From an uncultured Candidatus Rokubacteria bacterium (GTDB taxonomy: Bacteria; Methylomirabilota; Methylomirabilia; Rokubacteriales; DASRDR01): a DNA stretch of 64,000 nucleotides. The position numbers were made by a program, and so were the translations under genes. Shown piece by piece: positions 54,260 to 64,000 of this stretch; positions within the stretch are counted from its first letter, which is position 1, and every line of letters begins with the position of its first letter. The stretch is taken from the NCBI GenBank assembly GCA_963805625.1, contig CAWDVE010000024.1, positions 96,001-160,000 of the forward strand, in the 5' to 3' direction. Under the pieces are notes generated by a model that saw only the letters and a list, made by a program, of their open reading frames with translations, was not told the DNA's origin and did no database searches.

Positions 54260-54862
54260 TCAGACGAGCCAGCGGACGATCCGGGCGAGTGGATGGCCCT
54301 GGGCTGCCGCACGGTCGAGCGGGGGCGCCAGGAACGCGTCGACGCCGAAGCTCCGCCCGGCGTCGGTCAGGAGGAAGAGCACGGGGAACATGATGAGCAT
54401 CGTGTAGGTCCAGCCCCACTCGTTCGGGACGTTCAAGATGCTGACCGTGATGTTGGTCGCCATGCCGATCGCCACGAGGGACCCCAGCCGGGTGCCGAGC
54501 CCGAGAATCAGCGTGACGGCGATGAAGGTCTCGGTGATCAGCGTCATCCAGCCGAAGAAGGTCCAGTGGGGGATCACGACGTGGAGCTGGAAGTCCTTGT
54601 AGGCGGTGAGGGTGGGGTGCTGGATCCCCTGCTGGAACCAGTACCAGAGGCCGCCGCCGGACTTCCGGCCGAAGTCGTCGGAGGGCACCTTCCAGGCGGA
54701 CTGCTGCCACCAGAGGTAGCCGTAGAGGATCCGCGCCAGCCCGAGCGGCCAGAGCGGGGCTGTCGCCCGGAGCCAGCCCACTCGGGCCAAGCTCTCGGCT
54801 CTGACCCCTGCATCACGATCGGTCATCGCGGCAACCTCGCGCACCACCCCTTCCACAGCCAT
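54260..54862 (-). CDS. DoxD/TQO small subunit-like membrane protein (copy 2)
   Basis: GGAGGAG RBS; core nearly identical to 27647-28252. Confidence 0.8.
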   Translation of the reverse strand: MAVEGVVREVAAMTDRDAGVRAESLARVGWLRATAPLWPLGLARILYGYLWWQQSAWKVPSDDFGRKSGGGLWYWFQQGIQHPTLTAYKDFQLHVVIPHWTFFGWMTLITETFIAVTLILGLGTRLGSLVAIGMATNITVSILNVPNEWGWTYTMLIMFPVLFLLTDAGRSFGVDAFLAPPLDRAAAQGHPLARIVRWLV

Positions 54863-55220
54863 CGCTACTCCTCCCCTCGCCACGCCGGGACCGCTCGTTG
54901 GACCCGCGTCCCCCAGTTTGACACGAGCCGGCCGCCGAGCGGTTCGCTTGGCGAACAGGGGCCGCCGGCGTTGCCGCCGGGGGCTCAGGCGTACTTGGCC
55001 GGCGCGAAGCGATCTGCGGTGATCAGCGCGTTCGCGAGCGTCTCCGGCATCGAGCCCCGTGGGGTCCGCGCGAGACTCTATCCGTGACGGTCCCCGATGG
55101 CGATCCGCCGGAGCGGCCGGCCGACTCGATGGGCCGCCCGGCGGGCGAGACCGGACACCGGGCATGCCCGGTCCTGTGGCACGCCCTGACCGATTGTTGC
55201 GCGCTCGGCGTGGATCGGGC

Positions 55221-55727
55221 CTACTCGGGACCGGGATCTCCCCCGGCCAGATGGACCGTCTCGTCGCCAACCCGCACCACCGCATCCCATGTGACCTCGA
55301 TGGCCCCCTTGACGCTCTGGTGCGCGGGGCACCCCTGGGGATGGAGCGTCAGGGCGCGCTCCGTCGCCTCGCGCGTCCCGAGCGGTACGGCGACGTCGTA
55401 GTGGACGTGGATGGATCGAATCCGAATGGTCTTGCCGATGCCGGCGATGCGACCTTTCACGGTGGCCCTGAACGACTCCCGATCGAAGGCAACCTGGCGC
55501 CCTGCCAGGGCGCCACGCAGGGTGCCGTACATTCAGCCGGCCACGGCGGCCACGATGTGGTCCAGCGTCGACGCGATGGGCGGTCCCTCGCTGACCCCAT
55601 AGTATTGGCGGAGCTTTCCCTGCACGCCGTAGACGATCGGTTCCGGGACGTCGCCGAGCCATGCGTGGCGGTAGCCATTGCGGTATTCGATCCGAGCCGA
55701 GGAGATGTACTCGAAGTCGTCGCTCAT
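55221..55727 (-). CDS. OsmC/Ohr-like protein with in-frame UGA (probable selenocysteine)
   Basis: ORFs 55533-55817 and 55221-55532 are in frame: ...DHIVAAVAG-TGA-MYGTL...GCPAHQSV. The UGA sits at the first OsmC catalytic Cys. AAAGGAG RBS before MSDDF. Confidence 0.85.
55495..55515 (-). promoter_or_regulatory. Candidate bacterial SECIS hairpin (OsmC-like gene)
   Basis: mRNA UGGCGCCCU-GGC-AGGGCGCCA, a perfect 9-bp stem starting 18 nt after the UGA, with a G-first loop. Confidence 0.6.
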
Positions 55728-56010
55728 GGCGAACGCTCCTTTCATGGAGGTGGCGTGTGGATCACTAGGCGGTCGATCTCGGTGGCCTCGATGGGCGGAA
55801 CCCTCCGGACGGCCCAAGGGTATTCGACACGGTCGGGGCGGGGCGCGATTCGCGGTCCTGCAGATGGCGCGGCCCTGGCGTCAGCGAATCGCCCAGCGTC
55901 CGGCGAGCGTCAGAAGGTCAAGTGACGGGAGACCGTCGGACGGCCGAGAGCGCGTTAGCGTCACCGCGGCGCGCCAGCGGGCCAACGGCGCTTGTGAACG
56001 GGAGACATCG

Positions 56011-57021
56011 ATGCCGCTTCCACCGAGGGACTTCAGCAAGATCGGACCCAACGAGGGCGAGCCGTTCCCGGACGTGTGCCTGCCGGACCAGACGGGGACG
56101 ACCATCGACCTCCACCACGCGCGGGCGACCGGGAAGGCGATCGTGGTGGTCCACCGCAGCGCGGAGTGGTGACCCTACTGCAAGACGCAGCTGGTCCAGC
56201 TGCAACAGGTGCTTCCGGCGCTCGAACGCAACGGCATCAGCCTTTTCGCCATCAGCTACGATTCGGTGGCGATCCTCGCCGCGTTTGCCGCGAAGCACGG
56301 GATCCGCTATCCGCTGTTGTCGGACGAGGGGAGCCATACCCTGCGCCGCCTGGGTCTGATCAACGAGCGCGTCCACGAAGACCACGCCGCCTACGGGATT
56401 CAGCCCAATCCCCGGCACGTGGGCGTGCCGTACCCTGGGGTGTTCGTCCTCAACGAGCTGGGCGTCGTCGCCCGGAAGCGCTTCCACGAGAGTTATCGCG
56501 AGCGCGACACCGGCGCGGGTCTGCTCGCCCAGTCCCTCGGCATCTTCGATACCCCGCGCGGGACTGAGACGACGGCCAGCGGGCCTACCGTGCGCGTGCG
56601 AGCCTGGCTCGATTCACCGACGTACAGCGTGTTCCAGCGTCTGCACCTGTCCGTAGAACTCACAATTGCGCCCGGGCTGCACGTGTACGGCGCCCCGGCT
56701 CCCAACGGGGCCACCCCACTGTCGCTGGACGTGAGTCCGATCGATGGTCTCGAGCTCCGGCCGATGAGCTGGCCCGAGCCCCGACGTCTCCGGATGGCCG
56801 GACTCGATGAGGAGCTCTGGGTGCATGAGGGGACCATCCGTGGCGCGCTGCCTGTCGCGTTTACGGCTCCAGCCGGTGGCGGCGATCACCGCCTGACGGT
56901 TGTCGTAAGCTACCAGGCCTGCAGCAACGCGGTGTGCTACCCGCCCGATGCGGTGCGGCTGGAGCTGTCGGTGAAAGAGATCGCGCTCGTGGACCGGACT
57001 CTTCCTAACGCGAAATCCTGA
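56011..57021 (+). CDS. AhpC/TSA peroxiredoxin-like domain with UxxC motif (probable selenoprotein) fused to a DsbD-N-like domain
   Basis: GEPFPDVCLPDQTG..HRSAEW-TGA-PYCKTQLVQL..AISYD..LLSD..PYPGVFVL; TGA at 56170-56172 is in frame; C-terminal LHVY..YQACSNAVCYPP. Confidence 0.9.
56187..56203 (+). promoter_or_regulatory. Candidate bacterial SECIS hairpin (peroxiredoxin-like gene)
   Basis: GCAGCTG-GTC-CAGCTGC, a 7-bp stem with loop GU at +22/+23 from the UGA, similar to the E. coli fdhF SECIS geometry. Confidence 0.7.
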
Positions 57022-57084
57022 CGCCCGAGGGGCGAGGCGGCTGACCCCCATCTGATCGACCTCGCGGAGGCGGCGTCTCCGGCT

Positions 57085-57143
57085 GGGTAGCCGCTCAGCT
57101 TGAGCACACAGCTCTCGGGCGCGAGATTGCCCTTGAGCACGCT
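57085..57143 (-). pseudogene. Short IlvD/Edd dehydratase-like fragment
   Basis: VLKGNLAPESCVLKLSG resembles the LxGNLAPxGxVxK motif. Confidence 0.45.
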
Positions 57144-57149
57144 GATGTG

Positions 57150-57455
57150 TGGATGTCGCGCTCGAGCGACAGATCGAGCAAAAAGCTCGTCTCCTCCAGC
57201 GTGTTGGTGCCTTGTGTCACCACGACGCCGTCGGCATCGAGAGTACGAATTCGAGCCGCCAGCTCGTAGATTTGGTCGATCGACAGCGAGTGGCTACCGA
57301 CGCGCGATACTGTCTCGGTTCGGATGGCGGCTAGTCTGGCCAGCGTCAGCACGGCGGCACCCAGATCGTCGGCACCCAACCCCATCTGCATGGCACCCGA
57401 CGCATCCGGGCGCGTGGCGATCGTGCCGCCGAGCGCCAGGACGTGGACGCGCAGC
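57150..57455 (-). pseudogene. L-asparaginase N-terminal fragment
   Basis: VLALGGTIA and GVVVTQGTNTLEETSFLL. Confidence 0.75.
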
Positions 57456-57694
57456 AAGCCCGTCACTTCAGTCCGAGGGACTCGACGGGGCGGGCCATCG
57501 GGGCGTCGCATCGGGTTGGCCAGATTGCGCAAAGCCGGCGGCTAGAGAAGCCTGGTTCCTCTCGAAGAGCTTCCACTTGATGCCAACTGGTCGCCTCAAT
57601 GGCCCGACACAGCGTGTGTGACCGGCGATCACTAGTCGACCTCGTGACTCCCCTAAGATTCGGCCACTCCGGCTGAGAGTTCGTTTCGCCCGGT

Positions 57695-58378
57695 TCAGGT
57701 TGAGTTTCCGTGGAGCGACTCCAACACCGCATCCGTCTTCTCCAGCCAGAAGCCCATGCCCATCTCGCGGTACATCGTCGTCGCGATCGCGAGATGCTCA
57801 CGGGCCTGCTCCCGCTGGCCCGTTCGCCGGTGGAGCTTGCCGAGCCCGAGATGGCAGTGGGCGACGAGGGGGCGCATGCCGAGTTCGGAAGCCAGCGTCA
57901 TGGCGGCGCCGTAGTGCGCCTCGGCCGTTGCCACGTCAGGATCGTCGTGATACGAGGCGACCTCGCCGAGAAGGCGGAGGGCCCATGCCTCGTGACCCCG
58001 CTCACCGCGCTCGCGGGCGAGCCTCACGGCGCGGTCGGCAGAGGCGCGGAGGTCCTCGACCCGGTCCGCCAGGAGCTCCATGGAGCCCTTGAGGTCAGCG
58101 AACAGGACCGTGACCAGCTTCCGCTCCCCTTCGAGCGCGGCCTTCGAGGTGAGGATCCGCTCGGCGAGATGCTTGGGTGTATAGGACTGGGGGGCCGCGA
58201 AGCGTGTCGCCGCCGAGGCGGTGGGAACAGTCACTCGCGCCCCACACTTTCGGCAAAAGTTGTCGTCTGGGGCGGTTGCCGCGCCGCATTGCGGGCACCC
58301 GACGTGGAGCTTCGCCCCGCACTTCGGGCAGAAGGCCGCGTCCGAGGGCGTTTCCTGCTCGCATCGCGGACAGTTCAT
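57695..58378 (-). pseudogene. Double zinc ribbon / class III cyclase / TPR family gene with in-frame deletion of the centre
   Basis: Four CxxC pairs, YTPKHLAERIL, ERKLVTVLFADLKGS fused directly to the terminal TPR (GMRPLVAHCHLGLG..MYREMGMGFW). Confidence 0.8.
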
Positions 58379-58391
58379 ACAGGCTCTCGGC

Positions 58392-61050
58392 CTACGTCGA
58401 CTCGTTTAGCTGGGTCTCCGCCTGCGCCAGCCAGAAGCCCATGCCCATCTCGCGGTACATCGTCGTCGCGGTCGCCAGATGCTCCCGGGCCCGCTCCCGC
58501 TTGCCCGTTCGCCGGTAGAGCTTGCCGAGGCCCAGGTGGCAGTGGGCGGCCAGCGGGCGCATGCCGAGTTCGTCGGCTCGCGCGAGGGCCTGGCGGTAGT
58601 GCTCCTCGGCGGTCTTGACGTCGGGAGGGTCGGCCTGTGCGGCGATCTCGCCGAGGAGGCGGAGGACCCAGGCCTCGTTGCCGCGCTCCTTCTGCCGGTG
58701 CGCGAGGTCTAGCGCGCGTTGCGCGATCGCGAGCGCGTCGTCTCGGCGACGGGCGAGAAGGTGCCCCTCACCGAGGTAGGCCAGGAGAAGCGGATGGAAA
58801 GCGGTGCCCGTCGACTCGGGGTCCGCGAGCGCCTCCTCCATGAGGCTCACGCCCTCCGCGAGGCGACCCGACAGCGCATACGCGTAGCCGAGATGCGCGG
58901 CCGTGATGTCGAAGAGGACCGGCGCGGCGACCCGGCACAGCTCCACGGCACGCTCGAGCGGCGGAATGGCCTCGGCGATCGCACCCCGGCGGAGGAAAAC
59001 GAAGCCCAGGCTCCGGCATGAGAAGGCGAGGGGGGAGAGTTGATTGACTTCGCTAGCGATCCGGAGAGCCTCCTCGGCGTGCGCCATCGCCTCCGCGAAC
59101 TCACCCAGCTCGGCGAGGCACCAGACGAGCCGTCCTCGTGAGATGACCGATCCGACGACGGTGACGGTCACACCCCCCGACGAGACCAAGCCATCGTACC
59201 GCCGACCGGCAGGATCTATGTCCTACAGAGTCTCGCCCAGCCGGCTGAATGCCTCCACGCTCTCTCGATAGTTCCCCGTGGACTGCCCGATCGCAGCCAG
59301 CGTGTAGTTCACGGATGCCTGGAGCAAGACGTCACCGAGGCCGCTGGCGAGGGCCAGAGCCCGCCGGGCCAGCTCGAGCCCGCGATCCGTCTCACCCCAG
59401 TTCCAGGCTTGGGTCCCGAGGAGCAGGAGGGCCCGCCCCAGCCGCCGATCGTCGCCCACCGCTTCCGCGAGAGCCTCGGCTCGTCGGGCGTGCGCGACGC
59501 TCTTCGCCCGCTCCCCCACCGTCGTCAGGCCGCGGCCGGCGTCGAAATGGAGGTCGATCGCCCGCTCCCGCCACTCCGTCTCTTGCGGGAGATGCGCGAG
59601 CGCCTCGAGCGCCTGCTCGAAGCAGGTCACCGCCTCCCGGTAGGCCGAGCGCTCCGTCGCCTTCCCGCCGGCCTGACGGAGGTAGGTCACCGCCTGTTCC
59701 CATACCTCCCCCCGGAGCGCGTGGTGGGCCAGGCGCTCGATGTGCTCCGAGAGCCGCTCTGGGTAGCACCGCTCGATGGCCTCGACCGCCCGGGCGTGGA
59801 GGGCGCGCCGGCGATCCTGCAGGAGGCTCCCGTAGGCGACCTCGTGGGTCAGCGCGTGCTTGAAGCTGTACTCAACGTCGGGGAACAGACTCGTCTCGTA
59901 CAGGAACTCGGCGGCCTGGAGCCGGCCGAGGCCCTCGGCCAGCGCGTCCGCCGGTTCTCCCGCGACACCCGCGAGCACGGCCAGCGGGACGTTGGTGCCG
60001 ATCACCGAGGCCGTCTGGAGGAGGTCCTTGTCCTCTGTCGGCAACCGGTCAATGCGCGCCGCCAGGATCGCGTGCACCGTCGTCGGCACGTGGATGGCCT
60101 TCGTAGCCTTCAGGAGCCGATACGCACCGCGCGCGCCGGCTAGCACTCCCTCGTCCACGAGGCTCCGCACGCTCTCTTCGAATCGGGTGAGCCCCTGCGC
60201 GGCCGCCGCGGAGAGCCGCGAGCGCCGGGGCCCCGCGCCCGTGAGCTCGTAGTTCTCCACCGGGGCCGGCAGCCCCTTGATCGGCATCGCGCCGAGCGGC
60301 TTGATCTCGACGTACCCTTCCACTAAGCGGAGGGTGTCGGCCGTCAGAAACGTCGTGCCCGGGCTGGCCAGTTGCTCCATGCGGGCGGCCAGGTGCGTCG
60401 TCTAGCCTATCGCGCTGTAGTCCATGCGGAGGTCGCTCCCGATGGTGCGCACCACGACTTCGCCGGAGTTCAGACCCACCCGGACCTCGACGGTCACGCC
60501 GTGCGCGCGCCGGAGGTCCTCGGTCAGCCGCCGCATCGCCCGCTGGAGATCGATCGCGGCGTAGCACGCCCGTACCGCGTGGTCCTCGTGAGCGACGGGC
60601 GCACCGAAGAGCGCCATAATCCCGTCGCCCATCACCTGGTTCACGATGCCCTCGTAGCGGTGGACGGCCTCCATCATCCGCTGGAGGACGGGATCGAGGA
60701 GCTTCCGAGCCTCCTCGGGATCCCGGTCAACCAGGAGCTCCGTCGAGCCTTTCACGTCGGCGAAGAGGACCGTGACCTGTTTGCGCTCGCCCTCGAGGGG
60801 CGCTCTTCGAAGTGAGGATCTTCTCGGCGAGATGCTTCGGGGTAAACGACTGCGGTGAGGTAAAGGCCGGGGAGCCTCCCAGCGACGGTGTAGGGGTTTC
60901 GGTCACGCGCGTACCGCACTTGCCGCAGAAGGCGAATCCCTCGGAGTTCGCGTAGCCGCAGGACGGGCACTGTGTCGCCAGCCTCACTCCACAGCGCCCG
61001 CAGAACGCCATCGCGGGCGGATTCTCGAAGGTGCATCGCGGACAGATCAT
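58392..61050 (-). pseudogene. Double zinc ribbon / adenylate-guanylate cyclase / TPR protein, degraded
   Basis: Frameshift near 60800; in-frame TAG at 60402 and 59223; cyclase motifs GDGIMALFGAP and RVGLNSGEV; the P-loop ATPase region is missing at the GLTRF/EESVRSL junction. Confidence 0.85.
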
Positions 61051-61580
61051 GCTCCGCGGTCCCTCATCTCTGGCTCCGCCTGCTCCAGCCAGAAGGTCAT
61101 GCCCATCTCGCGGTACATCGTGGCAGCGGTCGTCAGGTGCTCTTGCGCCCTTGCGGCGTCACCCGTCCTCCGGTGGAGCGTGCCGAGCCCGAGGTGGCAG
61201 TGCGCAACGAGCGGGCGCATGCCGAGCTCGCCGGCGAGGGCCAGCGCCTCACCGTAGTAGCCGGGAGTGTCCTCGGCGCCGCCGCCGGCCGACGCGACAT
61301 CACCGGCGAGACAGAGGGCGTGCGCCTCGCTGGCCCGAGCCCCTAGCCGGCGGCTGAGCGCCAGCGCCTCTCGCGCGTGGTCGGCGGCCTCGTCGAGCCG
61401 CCCGGCCGAGAGGGAGGTCATCCTCGCGCACAGCAGAATGAGGGCCGGCCGGTTGTGAGACGGGCGGCTGCGGAACTCCTCGAGGGCGCCTGCCACCAAC
61501 GGGCGCGCCTCGTCAGCCCGGCCGGCGAGGGCGTAGGCGGCGCCGAGAGTCGCGGCGACGATCGGTGTCCAGAAGACCTG
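61047..61580 (-). pseudogene. C-terminal TPR fragment of a third cyclase-TPR paralogue
   Basis: LGAAYALAGR..GMRPLVAHCHLGLG..MYREMGMTFW; its stop overlaps the ATG of the next copy. Confidence 0.75.
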
Positions 61581-61589
61581 CTGCCAGGT

Positions 61590-61750
61590 TCGGACACGAT
61601 GACGTGGCCATGCCGGGCGGCGTAGTTCCACACGGCGTCGTCCGTGGCCCCCGACAGGCCGACGTCGCGAACGTGCGTCGATCCCGGGAAGAGGTCGGCC
61701 AGGGCTCGAACCAACCGGGGCGGGAGGTTCTGGTCGAGCAGGAGCCTCAC
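61590..61750 (-). pseudogene. DUF5615 (PIN-like, VapC45-type) toxin, truncated
   Basis: MRLLLDQNLPPRL..HVRDVGL..ATDDAVWNYA..IVS, cut before the expected KD.DF motif. Confidence 0.8.
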
Positions 61751-61974
61751 GCGGGCGGAAGCGCCATCAGGCGGCGCTCACGCTCAGCCGCGAACGCCAG
61801 GCACGCCCGGATGTCCTCCGGCGTGAGGTCCGGGAAGTCGCGGAGGATCTCCTCTTGGGACATCCCCGACGCCAGGTAGTCGAGGACATCGTAGACGGTG
61901 ATCCGAAGCCCCCGGATGCACGGCTTACCGCCGAGCTTGTCCGGTTCGATCGTGATGCGCTCCCGATAGTCCAT
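61747..61974 (-). CDS. DUF433 antitoxin
   Basis: RITIEPDKLGGKPCIRGLRITVYDVL..GMSQEEILRDFPDLTPEDIRACL. Confidence 0.93.
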   Translation of the reverse strand: MDYRERITIEPDKLGGKPCIRGLRITVYDVLDYLASGMSQEEILRDFPDLTPEDIRACLAFAAERERRLMALPPA

Positions 61975-63048
61975 GCGCCGAGAATACGGGTGGGGTTCAG
62001 TCAGGTCAACCTTGGCCACCCGATCTGTGAGGGAGGCGCGGTAGCGAGCCGGGCCGAAGAAGGGAGAGAGGATGGACGGCAAGATAAAGGTGTACGCGGG
62101 ACGTCGGCCAAGTGCTTGTTGACACTAACCATTCTGTAGGAGGGCCGTGCGAACCCTGGTTCGTGACAGCCCTCTCGGAGGGCCGTGCGGGCTACATTGG
62201 CGGGGAGGAGGACCCGGCCGCGGGTTCACGACGTCGGAGGAGGCGCGTCAGGCGGGCTCGCAGGCCGCCAGGGGTCGCGACCGCAACCTGGCTTGATGAT
62301 CCGGCAGGAGCGTCTCGACGCTTCCCTCGGCCTTCAACTCGCGTCCGGCCGGGCCGGTCGGCGGCCTCGAGATTCTCGGTGGTGTCGCCTGCCAGTGGCA
62401 TCGGTGACACCGGCTGGCGGCTTCCTCCGCGTCGGGCAGCGGCCAGGGCACGGACCGACCGGAGGCGGTGAGCATGCGCGTCACCGCACGACGCCAGTGC
62501 GCAAACCGTCGCTCGCCACTCATGAGCGCCCGGGCCTGGGCCGCCGGAGGCACCTCCAGCGTACAACACAGGAACGGGCTACTCCCCTTGTACTGCCGCC
62601 GACGCATTTGGCCACGGGAGACAGGATGGGCGCCTCCGAAGGGCCTCTTGGCGAGGCGGTTCGTCTCCGGAGTAGATGCGGCACTTCGCAGCGCGAACCG
62701 TGCGTTTTGCAGCGAGTCCGCTCAGCCCACCTGTGGCGTTCTCTTCGGCGGCTCACCCACCCGTCCGCTCGATTCGGTGCGGACTTGCAGCACCTATGAC
62801 GGTGGTCCAGTGCGCCTGGCATGCCGATTGGACGGCTCACACCCAACACGATCGGTGCCAACGCATGCCGGGAGAGGTCGGCACGTTCCGCAGAAGGTGG
62901 GCGGGTGATCGTCGATGTTGCCGGGCCAGGTGAATGAGGCCGCTTCGACGAGCCGCGATGGACACCACCACCCGCTCGCACAGTTTCAGGGTAGAGAGAC
63001 CGAATAAGGGCCGAGCGCAAGGAGAAGGCCGATGGATCAACTCTTGAG

Positions 63049-63207
63049 ATGCCGATGCCCGGCGGCTGGACGATGTCGATGACGTGGATGCGGATGCCCG
63101 GACAGACCTGGGCCGGCGCCGCGACGACGTTCCTCGGCATATGGGTCGTGATGATGGTGGCGATGATGATGCCATCCCTGGTCCGTGCCGCTCCGCCAGA
63201 CCTGTGA
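63049..63207 (+). pseudogene. DUF2182-like Met-rich membrane protein fragment
   Basis: Translated by hand: MPMPGGWTMSMTWMRMPGQTW..FLGIWVVMMVAMMMPSL. Confidence 0.65.
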
Positions 63208-63399
63208 GGAGTGTCCCTCGCACCGGGACCCGGCTCCGCCTCGCCTCGCCGCCCGCTCCTTGACTGGGCGCCCCACGCCGGCGCAGGATCGCGGGGGTGA
63301 GCCGGCGCTCGGGGTCGCCCCCGGGGGCTGGGGCCGGCCGACGGGGAGGCAGGAGGAGGCTGGACCTCAGCTCCGCCCGCAGAGGTGGCGCTAATCGTT

Positions 63400-63581
63400 C
63401 CTGCGCACAACACCGCGGCCACGAGCCGAGCCATGGCCGCCACGGACGCCAGCAGTCCGCGACCCAGATGCAGAGCGTCGGCCATGAAGGGGAAGAGCAC
63501 GCCGAAGGCGACGGTCAGGACACCGTACGAGAGAAGATGCGAGACGAAGGCGCCGCCGACAACGACCCACCCGTAGAACAC
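63400..63581 (-). pseudogene. MFS transporter N-terminal fragment
   Basis: FYGWVVVGGAFVSHLLSYG..AFGVLFPFMADAL; similarity is lost after two helices. Confidence 0.6.
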
Positions 63582-63697
63582 CGCGCGATCGTAGCATCGG
63601 ACACGAACTTCCTCGCGACGACGCCGTAATCGGCCGATGATACAATGGGTGATGAACCGCACCACCTGACCCCGCACCACACAACGTAGAGGGGAAA

Positions 63698-64000
63698 ATC
63701 AACGCGAACTGGCCTCGGCGCCGCCTCGTCCAACTGACCGGCCTTGTTGCCCTCGGGGTCGCCCTGGCGTCGCCCGTATGGGCCGAGTCGTCGCTGGATG
63801 CCATCCGGGCTCGAGGCGTGCTCCGCGTCGGCGTCAAGTCCGACGCGCCCCCGTTCGGCTCGCTCGACGCGCGCGGGAGACCGGTTGGCTTCGAGATCGA
63901 CCTGGCCCGATTCTTCGCGCGGGTCGTTTTCGACGACGACAAACGCGTCGAGTTCGTGCCCGTCACCACGGCGACGCGGTTCGGGACGTTACAGGCGGGA
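63698..64000 (+). CDS. Amino-acid ABC transporter substrate-binding protein (family 3), running off the window end
   Basis: Translated by hand: signal peptide, then SLDAIRARGVLRVGVKSDAPPFG..GFEIDLAR..VEFVPVTTATRF. Not in the ORF track. Confidence 0.85.
   Translation, partial: MNANWPRRRLVQLTGLVALGVALASPVWAESSLDAIRARGVLRVGVKSDAPPFGSLDARGRPVGFEIDLARFFARVVFDDDKRVEFVPVTTATRFGTLQAG

Noticed and set aside
54985-55080. Minus-strand peptide ending GSMPETLANALITADRFAPAKYA-stop
   Set aside because: It looks like the orphan C-terminus of a deleted gene, but it is too short to assign and has no supported start.
59223-60404. Two in-frame TAG codons as pyrrolysine or amber read-through
   Set aside because: The same gene has a frameshift and a large deletion. 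The TAG at 60402 falls where Gln (CAG) is expected in the GQTTHLAARM motif, so ordinary nonsense decay is the simpler explanation.
62100-63040. ORFs of 119-204 aa in this interval
   Set aside because: No recognisable motifs, RBS or consistent coding pattern; left unannotated.

Overview
High-GC bacterial window. Gene content (expanded zinc-ribbon/cyclase/TPR family, GAF-type sigma54 activators) resembles soil Rokubacteria/Methylomirabilota, but that placement is inference only. In order: IS3 and IS256 remnants; an operon of HPr-kinase-like protein, nucleotidyltransferase, a PqqD/RRE protein with a fused YxxP leader-like tail, two GT2, a GT4 and a radical SAM, with no lasso cyclase; an SGNH protein; a decaheme MtrC/OmcA-type cytochrome carrying a six-repeat FG-GAP-like insert; 2OG oxygenase, sulfatase, CoA-ligase; a sigma54 activator/hydrolase pair; a long minus-strand sugar/redox/stress block headed by a sigma54 activator, STAS protein and ECF sigma factor; secreted lactonase/GlcG/DM13-like genes; NDH-2 and HD-GYP; a GT2/DUF2064/GT87/NUDIX/radical SAM operon; two divergent genes with in-frame UGA at catalytic Cys positions followed by hairpins (probable selenoproteins, split by the ORF caller); and a decayed tandem cyclase-TPR array with a DUF433/DUF5615 pair. 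Many genes are fragmented or internally deleted. No rRNA, tRNA or CRISPR array was seen. All calls come from motif recognition by eye; no searches were run.
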